Positions 52,346 through 63,440 of a DNA stretch of 64,000 bases are shown here, piece after piece. A model generated the notes under the pieces. The model was given only the letters and a program-made list of their open reading frames with translations. It did no database searches and was not told the origin of the DNA. Made by a program: the position numbers and the translations under genes. Positions within the stretch are counted from its first letter, which is position 1. Each line of letters opens with the position of its first letter. The stretch comes from Naegleria gruberi (Eukaryota). The stretch lies in NCBI GenBank assembly GCA_000004985.1, contig GG738876.1; one strand, written 5' to 3'.

Positions 52346-55300
52346 ATGGGCAACAAGGCCACAAAATTCGAACCAACTCCTAACAACAATCATCATGAGG
52401 AAACTCCACTATCTTCCCTAAGAAAATCCTCCACTACTACTAATAACAACAACAACTCAACCCGATCCTTTCGTTCCAACTTATCGAGAGCAAACACCAA
52501 TTCACTCTCAAGACCAGGAGGACTCACTTCAAGTCGTTCTCAGCCTACATTGGTTCGTTTCAGAGAGAATACTACTGATGATGAAGATAGCAGTGATGAG
52601 GATGAAGACAAAAACCGCCAAAATTCTGAAACTCTAAAAAGAAAAACACCAACAGGTTCATCGCCAGCGGCTGTTACTGATAATTCTTCTTCCTCTTCAC
52701 CATCAAGATCTTCCGTGTCTTCGCCAGCAGCTAGGAACAAACGACGTTCAATTTTATTGTTTTTAGGAAGGAATAATGAAGATGAACAACAACAGGAACA
52801 ACAACAAAATGGGATGCAATATTTGGGGAATGATATAGTGATGAGTGATAAGGTGATGGATAGGAGTACGGAATTGAATGAATCGTTTCTGAGGCAAATG
52901 AAGAGAAGAACATTGAATTTGGGTTCTGCATTGTTTAATAGAAAATTAGTTTCTAATAACTCACCATCTTCGAGCAGTGGTAGGTTACAATCACCTCTCA
53001 CAGCATTGAATAGTTCTACCGTTAGTGTGCTTGCACAAATGCCACTTTCGGATGATGATTCGGATATGGAGGAAGAAACTCCAAAAACACCAACAAATAA
53101 CAGATTATCACTTGTGATAGAGAATGTTCCTACAGTTTCAAGCCCAAATTCTTCTCCTACAACAAATACAATGAATTACAGTGGTGAACAATCAGTCATT
53201 TCCTCTCCTCTTAGTGGTCCAAATAACAAACAACTCAATTCACCTGGTAACAGAAAGAGTCAACTCTTACTCAACCTAGTTATGATGGGCAGAAAGAATG
53301 TGAAAAATGTGGAATCAGCATCTGAAAGTAGTGGAAATTTGAATCAGAAAACAGTTGTGGAGCTAATTCAAATGGAAAATGAAAACCTGTCAAGGACTCC
53401 ACCTTCTCCTTCTGGATCTTCAACAAATTCATCCACATCAATGAACTCTATCCAGATGACATTTAGTCAAGCACAATCGAACAACAAACTTCCATCTCCC
53501 ACTCCTTTGCATGCTACAACATCTAGCTCAAACCTTACAAGACAACATTCCCAGTTGTCCTCTCGAAGAAAGAGTATTGGTGCTTTTGTTTTTGAGCCAT
53601 TAAGATTCAACAAAATTTCCAATCATTCTATATCACCAAATACCAACAGTATCACTTCCTCTCCTAATATTAATAACAGTAATTCTAAAACTACAATTAC
53701 AAATGATGTATCCACTACTAACAGTCCTTTTAGTAATTCTTTACATACCTTACCAACAAGTACTACTCGTAACACTAGTCCTTCAACCTCTACATCTATC
53801 ATTTCTTCACCTAACATTGTCAAGAATACAAGTGCTAACAATCTATTGACAATCAATTTTCCAAGTCATGCAACATTGACACCTACAACATCTCAAAACT
53901 CTATTTCACCTTTATCTCCTAGGTCACCAAGATCACCAATCGATAGAACTCTTGGTGAATCAAGAATAGAGCTTAGAAAGAAAGTCTTCTCAGTTCGTCT
54001 TGAAAATAAGGAAGGATCCAATAATTCTCTCGTTTCACTTGCATTCAATGGAAAGGCAATAGACGAAACCAACCATTCGCATCATCATGAAGGTGTATCA
54101 GATCAGGAGGCTGCAGAAATTGATCATGCCAACCTGATAGATTACAAGTTCCACTTTTTATTTTCAATGAGTACAACTGAAGGACTAATTGATAAACAGT
54201 TGGACTTGGAGGATTTGGAAAATTCATCACTCTCTGGAACTATAGAGACCGACTCACACCGATTGAATCAGAGTATGATATTTCTCTCATCTGCCAGTAA
54301 CTTCCACGATAGGAATAGTAGAAAGGCCTCATACATCAAGGGATTGCAAACCATATTCGAGAAATTATACAAAACCCAAATGAATTTGAACGAGAGCCAT
54401 GTGGAAGATTATGAAATTCACCAACAAGACAGAGATACATTCAAGATGACTCTCATGTTAGGTATTCCTCACCTTGCCGACAAGATGATCAAATCAGAAT
54501 TGGATCAAGTTCTTCAATTTAATGGAGAATATGAAACCTATGTGGAGAAAAAGAGAAAGGAGAAGAGAGACCTAACTATTGCTTTACAAAAAATGGTGCC
54601 CAACACAACAGAATACGAGTTTACAAAGGGTAAAATTGATAACTTTTTAATTTTGAAGAGGGAAGAATTTTTCCTTGCTGGAAGTGATGTTGAATCTTCC
54701 AAGGTTTCTTCAAAAGACAACTCATCCAACAACTTACTAATTGACACTTCAAATGTTTTCAGAATTGATAGAATCGATTCGACATCTAACTTTATTTCTG
54801 AGAAGGAACGAGTTTTAATTGAGCAAGACCAAATCAAGCTCAAACATCCAATCAAATTATTTATCCTCTTTACAACTAACAATAACCAAATTACAAATGC
54901 TCCTAATGTTCCAGGAACATTTGTAAATTCTAAATTTTTCATCAAGTTGTTATCCAAGATTGGTAAGATTACTGGTCTTTTGCCACAGTTTGGATTTTTG
55001 CACATGTCTTTGATAGTATCATCAATGAGATTTGATTGGCTAGATAGTGAGCTGTGTGTTCCAAAGACCAAACTCAAGTCCATGAGGGCTATTGCTTGTG
55101 TGGAGGTTGGATCTGTTGACAACTTTTCAGATTTAAAGAAGGTGACCAAAATTATGGGCAGCAAAATTAGTTTCTGGAATAGAAATATTCACTATTGCAG
55201 AGGAATTGGATATCACTATAACACTAGTACAGTGGAAGAGAAGGCCAATCATCAAGGTAGTTGTCATCAATTTGTATTTGATCTGTTGGATTCTCTCAGT

Positions 55301-56251
55301 TCTGATATTACACTAGTATCAGAAAAACCATCTATTATTGGTATGCACGATTTGTTGAAAGACGATTTGCTGCTGGGAAAGAAAGGATGTATTGGGTCAT
55401 ATCTCGATTGGTGTGCCAATAATCTGGTTAGAGATTCACCTCAACCAGACAATTCAGAATGGTGCAGAATAGAATTGGGTGAAGCAAGGAGAAAGCAATT
55501 TGCCCCTCTACTTAGAAACAAGATTAACCAACTCTCCTCTCAGATGATTATTGATGAAGAGGAAGATGATTCTAGAGAAATCCAACTCACGAGCTATAAC
55601 AAGACTCTCAACTTGATTCTATTTGGTAATTCGTTTATTTCCAGTCAAAAGAGGAGAAAATCCAGAGCTCTTTCGATTGGCATAGTTAGATCTCCAACCT
55701 CCTCTCCATCAACACCATTATCTGAGGATTCTCCACGTAAAAAGAAGAAGAGTGATTCTGTTTCGAGTGGAACTGTTGTTATTTGTTTCCCAACTCATTC
55801 CTCTTTGGATGAATTTGTACGGGATATGGTTGAAGTTTCCAAAGATGAGCAAAAACCATTCAGTATTACTCCAGAATTTTACTTGTTGAAGAGTTTTGAT
55901 AGAGCTCTTTGGTTGAGAAATAATTTTGACAAGAATAAGATTTGTAGAGATTTGGACAATTCTAAACTCCCAACTCATGAATTTCTTGTTGGTGACAATA
56001 GAAAACGAATCATTCAAGGCAAAGACCCTCTTACCTCTCTAGATTATTTAGATGAATTATTGTACAATGATGAGGAAGATTCTGCTCTGGAATTGATTAA
56101 ATCACTCAAGAATGAACCAGCTAAAATCAGAATTTCAAATTCCAAGAACAATGGAAAGGCCAGTTTACCGACTATGAAATGTTTGTGCCCATTCGGTGAC
56201 CCTAGAAGAGAACTTCCCTTCATAGAAAATGCCACAATTCCAACTGATTAA
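52346..56251 (+). CDS. large (about 1300 aa) Ser/Thr/Asn-rich protein with an N-myristoylation-type start (MGNKATK) and an unassigned C-terminal globular region
   Basis: In-frame ATG at 52346 gives M-G-N-K-A-T (Gly2, Thr6). The first roughly 600 aa are low-complexity S/T/N/P. The C-terminal roughly 600 aa are more complex (…FGFLHMSLIVSSMRFDWLDSELCVPKTKLKSMRAIACVEVG…). Single ORF. Confidence 0.45.
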   Translation: MGNKATKFEPTPNNNHHEETPLSSLRKSSTTTNNNNNSTRSFRSNLSRANTNSLSRPGGLTSSRSQPTLVRFRENTTDDEDSSDEDEDKNRQNSETLKRKTPTGSSPAAVTDNSSSSSPSRSSVSSPAARNKRRSILLFLGRNNEDEQQQEQQQNGMQYLGNDIVMSDKVMDRSTELNESFLRQMKRRTLNLGSALFNRKLVSNNSPSSSSGRLQSPLTALNSSTVSVLAQMPLSDDDSDMEEETPKTPTNNRLSLVIENVPTVSSPNSSPTTNTMNYSGEQSVISSPLSGPNNKQLNSPGNRKSQLLLNLVMMGRKNVKNVESASESSGNLNQKTVVELIQMENENLSRTPPSPSGSSTNSSTSMNSIQMTFSQAQSNNKLPSPTPLHATTSSSNLTRQHSQLSSRRKSIGAFVFEPLRFNKISNHSISPNTNSITSSPNINNSNSKTTITNDVSTTNSPFSNSLHTLPTSTTRNTSPSTSTSIISSPNIVKNTSANNLLTINFPSHATLTPTTSQNSISPLSPRSPRSPIDRTLGESRIELRKKVFSVRLENKEGSNNSLVSLAFNGKAIDETNHSHHHEGVSDQEAAEIDHANLIDYKFHFLFSMSTTEGLIDKQLDLEDLENSSLSGTIETDSHRLNQSMIFLSSASNFHDRNSRKASYIKGLQTIFEKLYKTQMNLNESHVEDYEIHQQDRDTFKMTLMLGIPHLADKMIKSELDQVLQFNGEYETYVEKKRKEKRDLTIALQKMVPNTTEYEFTKGKIDNFLILKREEFFLAGSDVESSKVSSKDNSSNNLLIDTSNVFRIDRIDSTSNFISEKERVLIEQDQIKLKHPIKLFILFTTNNNQITNAPNVPGTFVNSKFFIKLLSKIGKITGLLPQFGFLHMSLIVSSMRFDWLDSELCVPKTKLKSMRAIACVEVGSVDNFSDLKKVTKIMGSKISFWNRNIHYCRGIGYHYNTSTVEEKANHQGSCHQFVFDLLDSLSSDITLVSEKPSIIGMHDLLKDDLLLGKKGCIGSYLDWCANNLVRDSPQPDNSEWCRIELGEARRKQFAPLLRNKINQLSSQMIIDEEEDDSREIQLTSYNKTLNLILFGNSFISSQKRRKSRALSIGIVRSPTSSPSTPLSEDSPRKKKKSDSVSSGTVVICFPTHSSLDEFVRDMVEVSKDEQKPFSITPEFYLLKSFDRALWLRNNFDKNKICRDLDNSKLPTHEFLVGDNRKRIIQGKDPLTSLDYLDELLYNDEEDSALELIKSLKNEPAKIRISNSKNNGKASLPTMKCLCPFGDPRRELPFIENATIPTD

Positions 56252-56306
56252 TAATTTAGTCTAAAATTTACAAGTAATGATCCAATAAAATAGAAAGCTC
56301 TAAAAT

Positions 56307-57611
56307 TTATACTCTACTAAGCCAAATATCACTCTTACCAACTCCATTGATAATAAATCTGGCTATTTGATCGTAGGTTGGATTGATAAAGGTTTGGGAA
56401 GGAGCTCTCTTAACGAAAAATCCCCAAACATAACGAGGCTCTTCCAAAACTGTTATTTTGTTAAAACCTGCTTTCATCAAAGCTCCCAAAACATTCAAAG
56501 TATATCTGGTAATTTCCACAACAGTATTATCAACGAGTGGGAGTAATTGTTTACCACCTTCAATCACAGATCCTTCATTTCCTTCAACATCAATTTTAAG
56601 AATTGTAATTCTCTTCTGTTTTTTAATGTGCTCACTGAATGCATCATCCAAGGATACTGATAATATTTGATCATTTGAAACTGTAGTACTCTCAAATGCA
56701 TAGGCAGATCCCTTATTTTGATCATCTCCATATCCAAATGAGAATGATTTACCAGAAACCTATATTACATCCAAAATTTAATTTCCACATTGCAAAATGT
56801 TAAATAATTGTGAATAAATAGATGAATTATTGCTAAAACTTACACTAGTTACAGCATTATTATGGACTTGAATATTCTTAAATCCATTAATTGTAGCAGA
56901 AGCTTTAATTCTCTCAACCATTTCAGGTTGAACTTCAAAAGTAGAAACTTGACATCCATAAGCTGCACTCAACAAGGAGAAGAATCCTAAATTTCCACCC
57001 ACATCAATCATATTACACTCAACATTTGGTTTCTTGAATACGTCATCCAACACTTCCTCAAATGTTTTTTCAATAGCACTTTCCCACCATCCTCTACGAA
57101 CTAATTGATTAGAAATCCAAACATCACTCTTCGGAGATAGTGTCAAAATCAAGAATGAAGGATTTGTATTCGTCTTGACCAAATACAAACTCTCCTTATT
57201 CTTATTAGCATAGACTGGACCTGCCATCTCTACGGCCCAATCAGGTCCATTATACACATAAATAAACCATCTCAATATGAACAAAATTATAAAAACAATT
57301 AATAGGAGAATGAATAATCCCTTTCGAGTACAGAGCAAACTTCTCAACATGCCTCCAATCCTACGCGGAAGTGTTGATGTTTTAATTTGATCGTATTGTC
57401 TTGTTGATGATGATGATACTGATGAAAAACTCTCGGAACGTTGTGTTGATGATGACGGCATATTCTTTTCAATATCGAAAAGTTCATCACCGACATGTTG
57501 TTGTTGTTGTTTGGAGTGATTCTCATCATCCGTATTGGTGTAATTATTCTGATGAGGAGGGTTGTTGTTGGATGATGATGGGGTGATGGTAGAGTTTCGT
57601 TGTTGCAACAT
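56307..57611 (-). CDS. FkbM-family SAM-dependent methyltransferase with an N-terminal type-II signal anchor, 2 exons (56844..57611 and 56307..56759)
   Basis: TM LFILLLIVFIILFILRWFIYVY after an N/Q-rich cytosolic head. FkbM motifs MIDVGGNLGFFSLLSAAYGCQVSTFEVQPEMVERIKASATINGF...NNAVTS|VSGKSFSFG...ILKIDVEGNEGSVIEGG. An 84-nt intron (gtaagt...aatatag) restores the frame. Confidence 0.7.
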
Positions 57612-57746
57612 TTTTTTGTCTTTTGAAATGTTGGTGGATTACAAAATTGATCAGTGATTTGAAAAAGAAAAGAATGTTTTAAATCAGGATAGGTTGATCA
57701 GTTTTCATAAAATTGGTTTAAGGGAGATAAGTGAAAAAACAATGTT

Positions 57747-57819
57747 TGGAGATGCGGGGTATCGATCCCCGTACCTCTTCCATGCTAAAGAAGCGCTCTA
57801 CCATGTGAGCTACATCCCC
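57747..57819 (-). tRNA. tRNA-Ala (anticodon AGC)
   Basis: The minus-strand read GGGGATGTAGCTCACATGGTAGAGCGCTTCTTTAGCATGGAAGAGGTACGGGGATCGATACCCCGCATCTCCA has the G3:U70 Ala identity pair, anticodon loop TTAGCAT, and T-arm ACGGGGATCGATACCCCGC. Confidence 0.9.
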
Positions 57820-57887
57820 TTACATTCATTTTGCAAAAAAAGAACAAAATAGACTTGTTGCCTTAATAAATTACCTTTTGTTTTTTA

Positions 57888-58987
57888 TTAATATACACTG
57901 ATGGAGTTGATAATTTCAATGATTAGATTCTCAATTTTATAACCTAGTTGAGAAATGTCAGATGAGCTGCTCAATCTCTTTCTATATTCAATAATACACA
58001 TTCTATTACTCTTTCTTGGATCAATTCTGAATGAAGCCATTGAAATAAACATGTGCAAACCTTCTCTAGAGGTGAATGTCCACTTATCAATTGTACTTCT
58101 ATCAGAGAGACACTCATTCGATATCTGACTCTGAATATCTTTAGAGCGAGCAATGTTTTTGCAAGATCCATTCGAATCCTCATCCATTTCTCTTTTCAAT
58201 TCAACCACTTTACTATCTTCATTCACAATCATGATATTGAAAATGTCATACTCCAATGAGGCATCTTTCTTTGAGATAACCTCAAATGTGTTGGAGCATC
58301 CAGATGCTGTTGCACAATGTTCCAACATGTGAAAATTGGAAGGAAGCATAAAGTTGTATCCACTAATGGCATGCATTTCCATGGATGCTTGGTTTCTCTT
58401 TCGAAGTGATTTAGTTGGAGCTGATGTTTCATTGAGTGAGAGAGTGAAATGTACTTGGCATGCATTCAATGGTGCTGATGTTGATGCTTTCCTATTACAT
58501 GATGTAGATGGAGTGAGACCTAATAATTGGTCAAGAACAATTCCCTTATCACTTGATGCAGATGGAAATAAATCATTCATGGAGAATGTCATCATTCCCT
58601 CAAACATGTTCTCATTCTAATGCATCATCAAATTTTGAAACGAATTAACACATGTGAAAAACTATTTTTGAAATAACTACTTACTTTTTTGATAAACATT
58701 TTGGTGCATTCCTTGTAAAGTGCAATTGATATGGAATGTGAATGATTTCCTTTGAGAAAGACTTGATATTTAGTCTGAATAGGAACCTTCTCTTCATGAA
58801 CAGGCGAATTGACCAAGTTCATCTTTCCAAACTGTTCCAACGAATAGTTCCACACATGAATCGAGTCCACACAAATCTCCAACTGATACGGTTTCATATC
58901 AAAACTCCAATTCCTACCCTTGAACATTCTCTTATCCATGAATTGCAACACCAATGAATGAACATTAATATTCAACATGTTGTTCAA
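57888..58987 (-). CDS. hypothetical protein, 2 exons (58675..58987 and 57888..58616)
   Basis: A 58-nt intron (gtaagt...gcattag) joins ...KECTKMFIKK|NENMFEGMMTFSMNDLF, making track ORF 57888..58607 continuous with ORF 58628..58987. No family recognised. Confidence 0.4.
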
Positions 58988-59194
58988 TTATTATTCAGTT
59001 GTTGCTTTCTTTTTTTTTGAAAAGATAACTGAATGAATGGAATGCACATGTGTTCCAATGGATAACACATTTTGCTAGCATGGGAATACATCATTTTGGC
59101 AGATTGTCCAAATGTGGAAGTTGCATTTTTCAATACAATGACCAAATATTCACAGACATGGACAAATGGTGGCGTTGAGAGATACTGCTTCCAT

Positions 59195-60130
59195 TCATGG
59201 AAATTTGAATTTCTTCAAGTGAATTTTCAAGCCATGGATGCATGTTACATCAATATCTTCTTCCTTAAACTCCTCTTCTTTCTGTATTAAGGTTTCATGT
59301 TGTTTTGTTTTCTCCTCCGCATTGCCATCCCTATTACTCACATGATGTTGTAATTGATGATGTTCATGATGATGAGTATTCACCATTGGATTGATAGAGT
59401 ATTTTCTCCTATGAAAATCAATGCTATTACTTGTAAATATGTTAGTGGATTGAAAGTTGACATAACTTGCATGCAATAAACCTTCCTCTGATGCTGATAT
59501 GAATGGTAAAGATGAGGAAGGTATCTCCTCTCGTACTGGTTCTTGTACAGTAGAAGCAGCAGTTGCAGTAGCTGAAGATGCCTCAACATCCTCTGTACTA
59601 CTACAGGAGTATAGCAGAGGAGAGGATCCATCATACTGACTCTCACTGAGTGTATTGGTGGAAGAGTATTTGCTGTTTGATGTGGAGGATGAGGTCTTGG
59701 TGGCTATAGATGCATCCTCTATGGAAATAGATTCGGATGATGTCTGAACATGTGGTTCATTCACAACTTGGACTCCAGGAGATGCACTATGAAACCCTAG
59801 GACCATTTGTTTCTTGGAAGAGGATGCTTGTTCAACATTCTCTAAAGTAGCATTCATCTCGTAATGATTAGTGGAATCATCATCTTGTTGGTCTGTAATG
59901 TCTTTTTGAATAACATTCTCTTGATGTTCAGGAGTATTAATTGATGCAATTGTTTCAAACATAAGGAAGGATGAGAATCGACTGACCACTTGTCTGCCGA
60001 AACTCGATAAACCAAACACCAAGAGCAGCATGATTGAGCAAACTCCCTTAATAAACCTCTCTATCCAAACTATCATGTAAATATGTAAAAAATTGATGTG
60101 ATGATTGTTATAAGTGAAGATATTGAACAA
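59195..60130 (-). CDS. Ser-rich hypothetical protein with an N-terminal hydrophobic segment (signal peptide or anchor)
   Basis: 311-aa ORF. IVWIERFIKGVCSIMLLLVFGLSSFG is hydrophobic. The central region is S/T-rich and acidic, and the C-terminus is His-rich. Upstream is a CA-rich leader at 60131..60300. Confidence 0.35.
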   Translation of the reverse strand: MFNIFTYNNHHINFLHIYMIVWIERFIKGVCSIMLLLVFGLSSFGRQVVSRFSSFLMFETIASINTPEHQENVIQKDITDQQDDDSTNHYEMNATLENVEQASSSKKQMVLGFHSASPGVQVVNEPHVQTSSESISIEDASIATKTSSSTSNSKYSSTNTLSESQYDGSSPLLYSCSSTEDVEASSATATAASTVQEPVREEIPSSSLPFISASEEGLLHASYVNFQSTNIFTSNSIDFHRRKYSINPMVNTHHHEHHQLQHHVSNRDGNAEEKTKQHETLIQKEEEFKEEDIDVTCIHGLKIHLKKFKFP

Positions 60131-60966
60131 TCAAGTTGAAGAAAAGAGAGAGTGCGTTGATACTTTTTTAAATACACACTTGTGTGTGAAACAGAATATT
60201 GCGTGTCGTTGTTGATAATCTCGTTTTGTGTCTGTGTGTTGTGGTGTGAGAATTTAACAACCAACAACAACAACCAACTGTTTATGTACAATATGAGACT
60301 GTAAATGCATCATCTTATCAGCATCACACGAAATGGAGACCTTTGAGGGATTATTTGTTAATCATCCTCAAAGTGAAAATACGAATGGCGAAAGCATGAA
60401 TTAATTGGATTCAAAGAAAACATGCAGGGATCATGGCAAGTATATTTGGCAAGTCAAACGCCTTAAAATGTATAAAACAACTTTCCAAAAAAGCATCCCC
60501 TTACTTGCCTTAATAAATTATCTGACCTATCTAACACACTCGGGCTAATAAATTGTATCACCCTTCGCATTCCAATTTGTTATAGCATACATGAAATCCA
60601 TATTGAAACAACAAGCTTATATTTGATGACGAGATTCGGTCATTCGTTTACTTTATACTTTATAGGCGGGTGTTTGATTTTGGATCATGAAATTATCTAA
60701 TAAAGGTTGAATAATTTCCCAATTCATCAATTCATTCATTTCAATAATTATTTGTAGACCTGAAGAAGAATCTACAGCAAGAGAGTGTGATCTTTGACAT
60801 TTTCACATGTAGAGCAATTGGTATTCCTTAAATTTTCTCACATTTGTGAAATTAGAAGAAGAAGATTAACCTATTTCTTTAATCAATTCTATCAATTTAA
60901 TCAGTAATAATCTCAAAGATTATCAATTTCAAATTTTCTAAATTTTGATTAAAGTGTTTAAAAAAA

Positions 60967-62418
60967 ATGGAAATTGCTCATCAAGAAGCGCTCAATGTTG
61001 CTAATTTTCTCGTCATTGATGATATTATTTATGAGGTAATGACCTTTTTACATTCGGAATTTATCATTCGGAATTGTTTGATGGTTTCTAGGCAGTGGTA
61101 TGGTGTGGTGAGGAGAGTTTCTTTAGAATTGAATATTAAAAATTCTGATCAATTAAATTTATTAATTGATGGCTATGATGATGGACTGAATCCAAGAATG
61201 GGTCGATTAAATATTCTGCCACAAGTGAATAGGTTTATTTATGAGTATTATTCAAAACTTGGAAAGGATTTGGTGAGGAAAATAACAAATTCGATGAAGA
61301 ATTTGAGAGAATTGGTACTTGTTGGAGTTGAGTTAGAAATTGATGATGTTAAATGCTTGGTAAATAGTCAATTGACCAGTTTGGATGTTTGCGACAATAG
61401 TATTGGAGATGAAGGGGTTACTCTAATAGCTAATTCATTAAAGCAATTAACAAAATTAGGAATTGGACAAGTAGGAGTTGGAGATGAAGGTGTTAGACAG
61501 TTAGAAAAATTAACTCAACTTACAGAACTCGATGCTAGTTGTAACGATTTCACAATATCTGTTCTTGTACAGGTTATAGATAACTCTCTGAAGCAATTGA
61601 AAACACTTTCAGTTTATTCATGTAACATAGAAGATGAGCATATGAAAGATATTACCACTCTCTCCCAGTTGACATCCCTCTCGGTCGGTATCAATAGAAT
61701 AACCGGAAATTCATTGAAACTTATAGGATATTCAATGAAGGACTTAACATATTTGGAAGTTGCAAATAATGAAATTGGAGATGCAGGTACTGAATACCTT
61801 TGTAATTTGAAAAAATTGAAGGAGCTCAGTATTTCCTCAAACAAGATTAGCCAGTTAGGATTTGAACATATAAAATCCATGGACCAGTTGAGAATACTTC
61901 AATGCAATAACACCAACATAATGAACCAAGTATCTACAATGTCTCATTTGGAAACACTAGTCGTTATTAGCGATTGCAAAATTAATATTGAAATATTTGA
62001 AAGCATGAGCAAGAATATGAAAAGCTTGACGAAATTAAATCTATACAAAAATGCTATCAATGACATGGACTTTGTGAGGTTTATTGCTTCTATTCAGCAT
62101 TTACGTGAGCTGCACCTCGAAAGCTGTTCTATTAACGATAATTCAGTAGAAATTATTAGCTCAATCCAAAATTTAAGAGGTTTATTTGTCCCTTCAAATG
62201 ACATTACAGATGGCGGTGTAAAGCATTTAACAAAATTGACCAGTCTCAGAGAGCTGGACATTTACTGTAATCCTATTGGCCTTGAAGGTGTGAAAATTAT
62301 TAGTTCAGGATTAAAAGGATTGACCTCACTAACCATTAGCAAGAAAGATATTGGAGAAAGGGGACAATATTTGATTCGTTTAATGAATTTGGATACACTT
62401 ACTTATGTGGATAAATGA
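60967..62418 (+). CDS. F-box-like N-terminus plus RNI-type leucine-rich-repeat protein, 483 aa
   Basis: About 14 repeats of ...L(T/K)xLxLxxNxIGDEGVxxL... (LTSLDVCDNSIGDEGVTLIANSLKQLTKLGIGQVGVGDEGVRQL...). The N-terminal IDDIIYEVMTFLHSEFIIRNCLMVSRQWYGVV is F-box-like. ATG at 60967 follows an A-run. Confidence 0.65.
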   Translation: MEIAHQEALNVANFLVIDDIIYEVMTFLHSEFIIRNCLMVSRQWYGVVRRVSLELNIKNSDQLNLLIDGYDDGLNPRMGRLNILPQVNRFIYEYYSKLGKDLVRKITNSMKNLRELVLVGVELEIDDVKCLVNSQLTSLDVCDNSIGDEGVTLIANSLKQLTKLGIGQVGVGDEGVRQLEKLTQLTELDASCNDFTISVLVQVIDNSLKQLKTLSVYSCNIEDEHMKDITTLSQLTSLSVGINRITGNSLKLIGYSMKDLTYLEVANNEIGDAGTEYLCNLKKLKELSISSNKISQLGFEHIKSMDQLRILQCNNTNIMNQVSTMSHLETLVVISDCKINIEIFESMSKNMKSLTKLNLYKNAINDMDFVRFIASIQHLRELHLESCSINDNSVEIISSIQNLRGLFVPSNDITDGGVKHLTKLTSLRELDIYCNPIGLEGVKIISSGLKGLTSLTISKKDIGERGQYLIRLMNLDTLTYVDK

Positions 62419-62980
62419 AAAACAAATTGTAAGATGTAGTTTAATGAGCTGGACTAGTGGCAAAACTATTTATTTTGGAAACATTTCACAAAAAATGGGA
62501 AACAATTCTCAAATCTTGAAGTGAGGTATAGCAAACATTTTGATGAATCAGATGATGATTATGAAACCTCTCTTAAATATTAGTAAGAACCAACTTTTAA
62601 TTTTCCTTGCCATTGGTGAATAGAAAGTTCTTGAAGATTCTTCTAACTTTCTTTGAAACATAGTAAATAGTTGAATTGGTAGCATGTTTTATCCAATACA
62701 GCATTCTCTTAATGTTGCACTTTTCTGCAATGGTAGCATACAGCATGAGATTGTGGCATAGCTCATTTGTGCAAGGAGATTCATCCATGATTTTAAGGTC
62801 TGCCCTTCATTGAATCTTCCCAAATCTATGCCAGCAAAATGACACAAATAGTCCAACATGAATGTTTTGACATTATTTTCAACTCAAAGTTTGGCGAAAC
62901 ATTTGTCGAATAATTTTTGAAAGATGTATGTTTTAATTCGGAAAATTTTAAATCTACATGTGTCCAGTTTACAAAAGATT

Positions 62981-63250
62981 TCAAGTACCAACTCTATAAA
63001 TTTCACTACTCATCAATTTCTTCCGCTGTTTTGCTTTCTTTTCCTGCAAATCTTCAGCAAATTCAAAAAAATCGGAACGAGTGCAAATAATTAGCAAATC
63101 AGAAAATTTCCCAAATTTGAAATTTTCTTCTTCCTCTTCTTGAACTTGCTGAAATAATTTGGTTTTAAATTGAAATTTGGAGTACATTTCCAACATTTCG
63201 GTGAAATAAATTGGTGCACTTCCTATGCAAATATGAACAATTGGTCTCAT
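62981..63250 (-). CDS. small hypothetical protein, 89 aa
   Basis: Isolated ORF MRPIVHICIGSAPIYF...EEEEENFKFGKF... with coding-like composition. No motif recognised. May be part of a larger spliced gene. Confidence 0.2.
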   Translation of the reverse strand: MRPIVHICIGSAPIYFTEMLEMYSKFQFKTKLFQQVQEEEEENFKFGKFSDLLIICTRSDFFEFAEDLQEKKAKQRKKLMSSEIYRVGT

Positions 63251-63440
63251 TTTTTTTTAATATTTAATTAAATTAAATATTTAAGTAGTATAATTTTGTT
63301 GTAAAGTATTGCTGCTTCAATTTAGCTCAACACATGTCCAAGCGCGTATTAATTCATTTTCATAAAATTCTATTACAATAAAATAATTAATACGTACTTC
63401 AAATTCTTAAAATGTAAGATCAACAACATTTCAAAAAAAA

